Positions 61,182 to 64,000 of a stretch of 64,000 nucleotides of DNA are shown here, in pieces. Positions within the stretch are counted from its first letter, which is position 1. Every line of letters begins with the position of its first letter. The notes below the pieces were generated by a model. The model was not told where the DNA came from and searched no databases. It saw only the letters and a program-made list of their open reading frames with translations. The translations under genes and the position numbers were made by a program. The DNA comes from Halarcobacter sp. (lineage in GTDB: Bacteria > Campylobacterota > Campylobacteria > Campylobacterales > Arcobacteraceae). Location of the stretch: positions 2,752,001 through 2,816,000 of the forward strand of contig CP182352.1 of NCBI GenBank assembly GCA_048571215.1. Reading direction: 5' to 3'.

Positions 61182-61936
61182 ATCACTGCTCTTAAAATTA
61201 CTAACATAATAACTCCACCAAAAAGATATCCATCTGTTCTATCCAAAATCCCACCATGTCCCGGCAAAATATTTCCACTATCTTTTACATTTGCTTCTCT
61301 TTTTAAATAGCTTTCAAATAAATCTCCAAAAACAGAAGCTAGTGATACTACAATAGAGATAACAATTGCCCCAAATAAAGAGATATTATCTATGGCAAAA
61401 ATAATTCCTAGAATAGTAGCTACTACCACTCCACCTATTACACCCTCTATTGTTTTGTTTGGACTAGTTTCACAAAACTTGGTTTTACCAATTGCACGAC
61501 CAGTAAAATATGCTCCCACATCAGCCCCTGCAACTATCATAAGTAACCAAAGTAAAGAATAAACTGTAAACTCATTATAAAGTGCTAGTAAAAATAGAAA
61601 AGATGCAGTTGGATATAAAAGCACCATAAAAACTTTTTTATTTAAAGTTTTAGTATAAGCTAATACTGAAGCATAAACCACTGCTAATACAAATATCAAG
61701 TCTTCGGGACTTGGATAAAAATAAGCACAAAACCAAAGTACTCCACTATATAAATAGACCACATCACTTTTCATTTGATATAGTTTCATTGATTCATTGA
61801 TTGAGATAACCAATAGTGCTCCAAAAAGAAGCCACATAATAAAAAATGAGTCTACATAACCTATTAGTAAAACTGCTAATAGAAGTACTAAACCCGTTTT
61901 TATTCTTGTTGAACTTGATTTTATTATATCTGTCAT
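61178..61936 (-). CDS. cdsA: Phosphatidate cytidylyltransferase
   Basis: SPNKT.EG, GDL.ES..KR...KDSG..PGHGG.LDR.D. Confidence 0.95.
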   Translation of the reverse strand: MTDIIKSSSTRIKTGLVLLLAVLLIGYVDSFFIMWLLFGALLVISINESMKLYQMKSDVVYLYSGVLWFCAYFYPSPEDLIFVLAVVYASVLAYTKTLNKKVFMVLLYPTASFLFLLALYNEFTVYSLLWLLMIVAGADVGAYFTGRAIGKTKFCETSPNKTIEGVIGGVVVATILGIIFAIDNISLFGAIVISIVVSLASVFGDLFESYLKREANVKDSGNILPGHGGILDRTDGYLFGGVIMLVILRAVM

Positions 61937-61999
61937 ATTAAATCCAATTTTTAGTATAAAGTTAGATTATACAAAAACTTGGCTTTTTTTATTATTTTA

Positions 62000-63334
62000 T
62001 TAAATTTTTATACTTATTGTAGTGTAAGGGTTATATAAAACATTTGCACCATTTTGTATTCTTACATTTCTTCTTTGTGTATAATCAACCAAATAATTTC
62101 CACTACTATCTACAGAAAATTTAGCACATAAACTTGCAGCTTTTTCTATAACATTTTCTGGAATCGTTTTTTTACTATTTTGTACCACCACATGACAAGA
62201 GGGTCTATCTTTTAAGTGAAACCAAAAATCACTAGCTTTGGAGTTTTGTAAAATATAGATATTTTCTCTTTCACTTGTACCTAACATAATTTTATAACCA
62301 CTAAAGAAAAAGCTTTCATAGTTTTGTGCTTTTTTTGTTTTGGTTTGATTTTTTTGTTTTTTAGGGTACAAAAATTCTATCTCATCAGTACTATTAGACT
62401 CTTCAATATTTTTTATAAGTCTTTTTAAAAACTCAATTTTTTCTTCTAAGTTATTCTTTTCAATGCTAATATTGCTTGCTTTATGTTTTGCTTTTTTTGC
62501 TTTTTTAAATAAAGAATTAGAAAAACTTGAAGCTGTCATTAGATAATCCAACTCTATCTCAACCTCTTCACCCTCATAATTAAAAGTTTTTAAAGTTTTT
62601 TGATATGGTTTTATTTGATGTAGATTTGCTAAAATCAAATTTGCTTTTTCATACAAAACAAATGATTCTTTTTCTAAATCCTCTTTTAATGGCAAGGATT
62701 CAAAAGTTTTTTGAAGTTTTTTTAGCTTTTTTGAGAGTTGAGTTATTTTTTGTTTTTTATAATTAGATAGATTTTTCTCTTCAATCTCTTCATACACTTT
62801 ATATAAATACTCTTCTATATTATCTATCTTTTCTATTTTTGGTATAAAGTTTTGCTTAGGAACCTCATCAAGTTTTACTCCAACTTTTACAATTCTACTT
62901 GAAGACTCTTCATCTATATGACGTAAAGCTTCTAAAACAACTCTATTTTCATCAAGTATTATTATATTTGTATACTTTCCTGTAAACTCTAATTGTAAAA
63001 TAGTAGTTAATTTTTTATAAGAAGATGAGGAGTTTACCTCTATATTTATAATTTTATCATCATTATATAGTTCAACCCTCATTACTTTTGAATTATAAAA
63101 CCTTTTTTGTAAGACAACATCAAAGGGTGCATTAAAATCCCTTGTAGACTGTACATACTCTTTTCTTTTATAAACAAGACTATTACCCTTGGACATATCA
63201 AAATATATTTGATTTGAATTATTAAATTCAATTATAATTGTATTATTATCAATTCTCTTTGCAAGCTTTATATTATGGGCATTACTAGATAAATATTGTA
63301 TAATTTCTTTTAGTAGATAGTATTTCACAATCAA
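62000..63334 (-). CDS. NFACT/FbpA (RqcH-like) protein
   Basis: EFTGK..NIIL, coiled coil, DFWFH..SCHV, VDYT. Confidence 0.85.
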   Translation of the reverse strand: MIVKYYLLKEIIQYLSSNAHNIKLAKRIDNNTIIIEFNNSNQIYFDMSKGNSLVYKRKEYVQSTRDFNAPFDVVLQKRFYNSKVMRVELYNDDKIINIEVNSSSSYKKLTTILQLEFTGKYTNIIILDENRVVLEALRHIDEESSSRIVKVGVKLDEVPKQNFIPKIEKIDNIEEYLYKVYEEIEEKNLSNYKKQKITQLSKKLKKLQKTFESLPLKEDLEKESFVLYEKANLILANLHQIKPYQKTLKTFNYEGEEVEIELDYLMTASSFSNSLFKKAKKAKHKASNISIEKNNLEEKIEFLKRLIKNIEESNSTDEIEFLYPKKQKNQTKTKKAQNYESFFFSGYKIMLGTSERENIYILQNSKASDFWFHLKDRPSCHVVVQNSKKTIPENVIEKAASLCAKFSVDSSGNYLVDYTQRRNVRIQNGANVLYNPYTTISIKI

Positions 63335-63426
63335 TTCACTTTTATTAATAAAATTTATAAGATGTTTTTTATATTCATTTGATATAATAAACTAATCATA
63401 TCGAAATTTATATTAGGAGAAAGATA

Positions 63427-63750
63427 ATGACTAAACTATTAAAGACAATATTAGCAGGTGCTTTAATATTAACTGTTGCAGGTACTACTGCATCAGCTGA
63501 CGCAGTGAAAGGACAAAAACTTTTCATAAAAAAATTTAAATCATCGTGTGGTTTCAATGGAGCAAAATTTGCAGCAAAACATTCACAAGACGAGTGGGAA
63601 ACTATTATGAATGATGGTAAATTCAAAGATGAATTAATCAAAATTTGCCCAAAAGTTAAACCAGAAGATGTAAAAGATAAATGGATTCAACATATTTATG
63701 ATTTTTCATATGAATATGCAAATGATTCAGGAAATGTTCCATCTTGTTAA
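63427..63750 (+). CDS. Small periplasmic cytochrome-c-like protein without CxxCH
   Basis: AGGAG SD, signal peptide, DAVKGQKLF, three Cys, C-terminal DSGNVPSC. Confidence 0.7.
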   Translation: MTKLLKTILAGALILTVAGTTASADAVKGQKLFIKKFKSSCGFNGAKFAAKHSQDEWETIMNDGKFKDELIKICPKVKPEDVKDKWIQHIYDFSYEYANDSGNVPSC

Positions 63751-63760
63751 AAAATCAAGG

Positions 63761-63779
63761 GGTAAGAGTCACTCTTACC
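63761..63779 (+). terminator. Hairpin after the cytochrome-like gene
   Basis: GGTAAGAG-TCA-CTCTTACC. Confidence 0.5.
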
Positions 63780-63920
63780 TCAAAACTATAAGCTAAACTT
63801 ATATTAAAACTTACTAGTTATTATAACTAATTTTAAACTCAAATTATAAATATTTTTTATCTTACTCTAATCACAAATAGAATAAAATATCATAACACAC
63901 ACGCACACAAAGGACAAAAT

Positions 63921-64000
63921 ATGAAAAAGTCATTAATAGCTTTAATGGCACTTGCTTCTCTTAGTTCATCGGCATTTTCTGCAGATATATCAAACGCAGA
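63921..64000 (+). CDS. 5' end of an exported protein (truncated by the window)
   Basis: AAGGA SD; MKKSLIALMALASLSSSAFSADISNA, Sec-type signal peptide. Confidence 0.75.
   Translation, partial: MKKSLIALMALASLSSSAFSADISNA

Overview
Very AT-rich chromosomal window, most likely from a Campylobacterota of the Arcobacteraceae (inferred from gene content and protein style). Housekeeping flanks: ispDF start, thiC, mrp, hisIE, ilvE, metH and luxS on the left; thiG, cutA, nnr, tsaD, dxr, cdsA, an NFACT protein and a 7-tRNA array on the right. Accessory blocks: a PAS chemoreceptor and a hybrid two-component system; a ribA/znuABC zinc module with three copies of an ATGCAAC-N3-GTTGCAT palindrome; a ybdK-like ligase coupled to a cytoplasmic gamma-glutamyltransferase; a complete hoxEFUYH bidirectional NiFe hydrogenase; a 15-gene C-P lyase operon carrying an extra EEP phosphoesterase; and a TetR-TolC-MFP-RND efflux locus. 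Reading the DNA directly shows genes or starts missing from the ORF track. A hoxW protease with no ATG/GTG/TTG in frame and an HDOD gene both appear to start at ATA, one base after the upstream stop codon. There is also a 37-aa membrane peptide, a 51-aa HTH-like ORF inside the tRNA array and a ~120-bp nested inverted-repeat element after metH. No CRISPR array, rRNA, transposase or integrase was seen.
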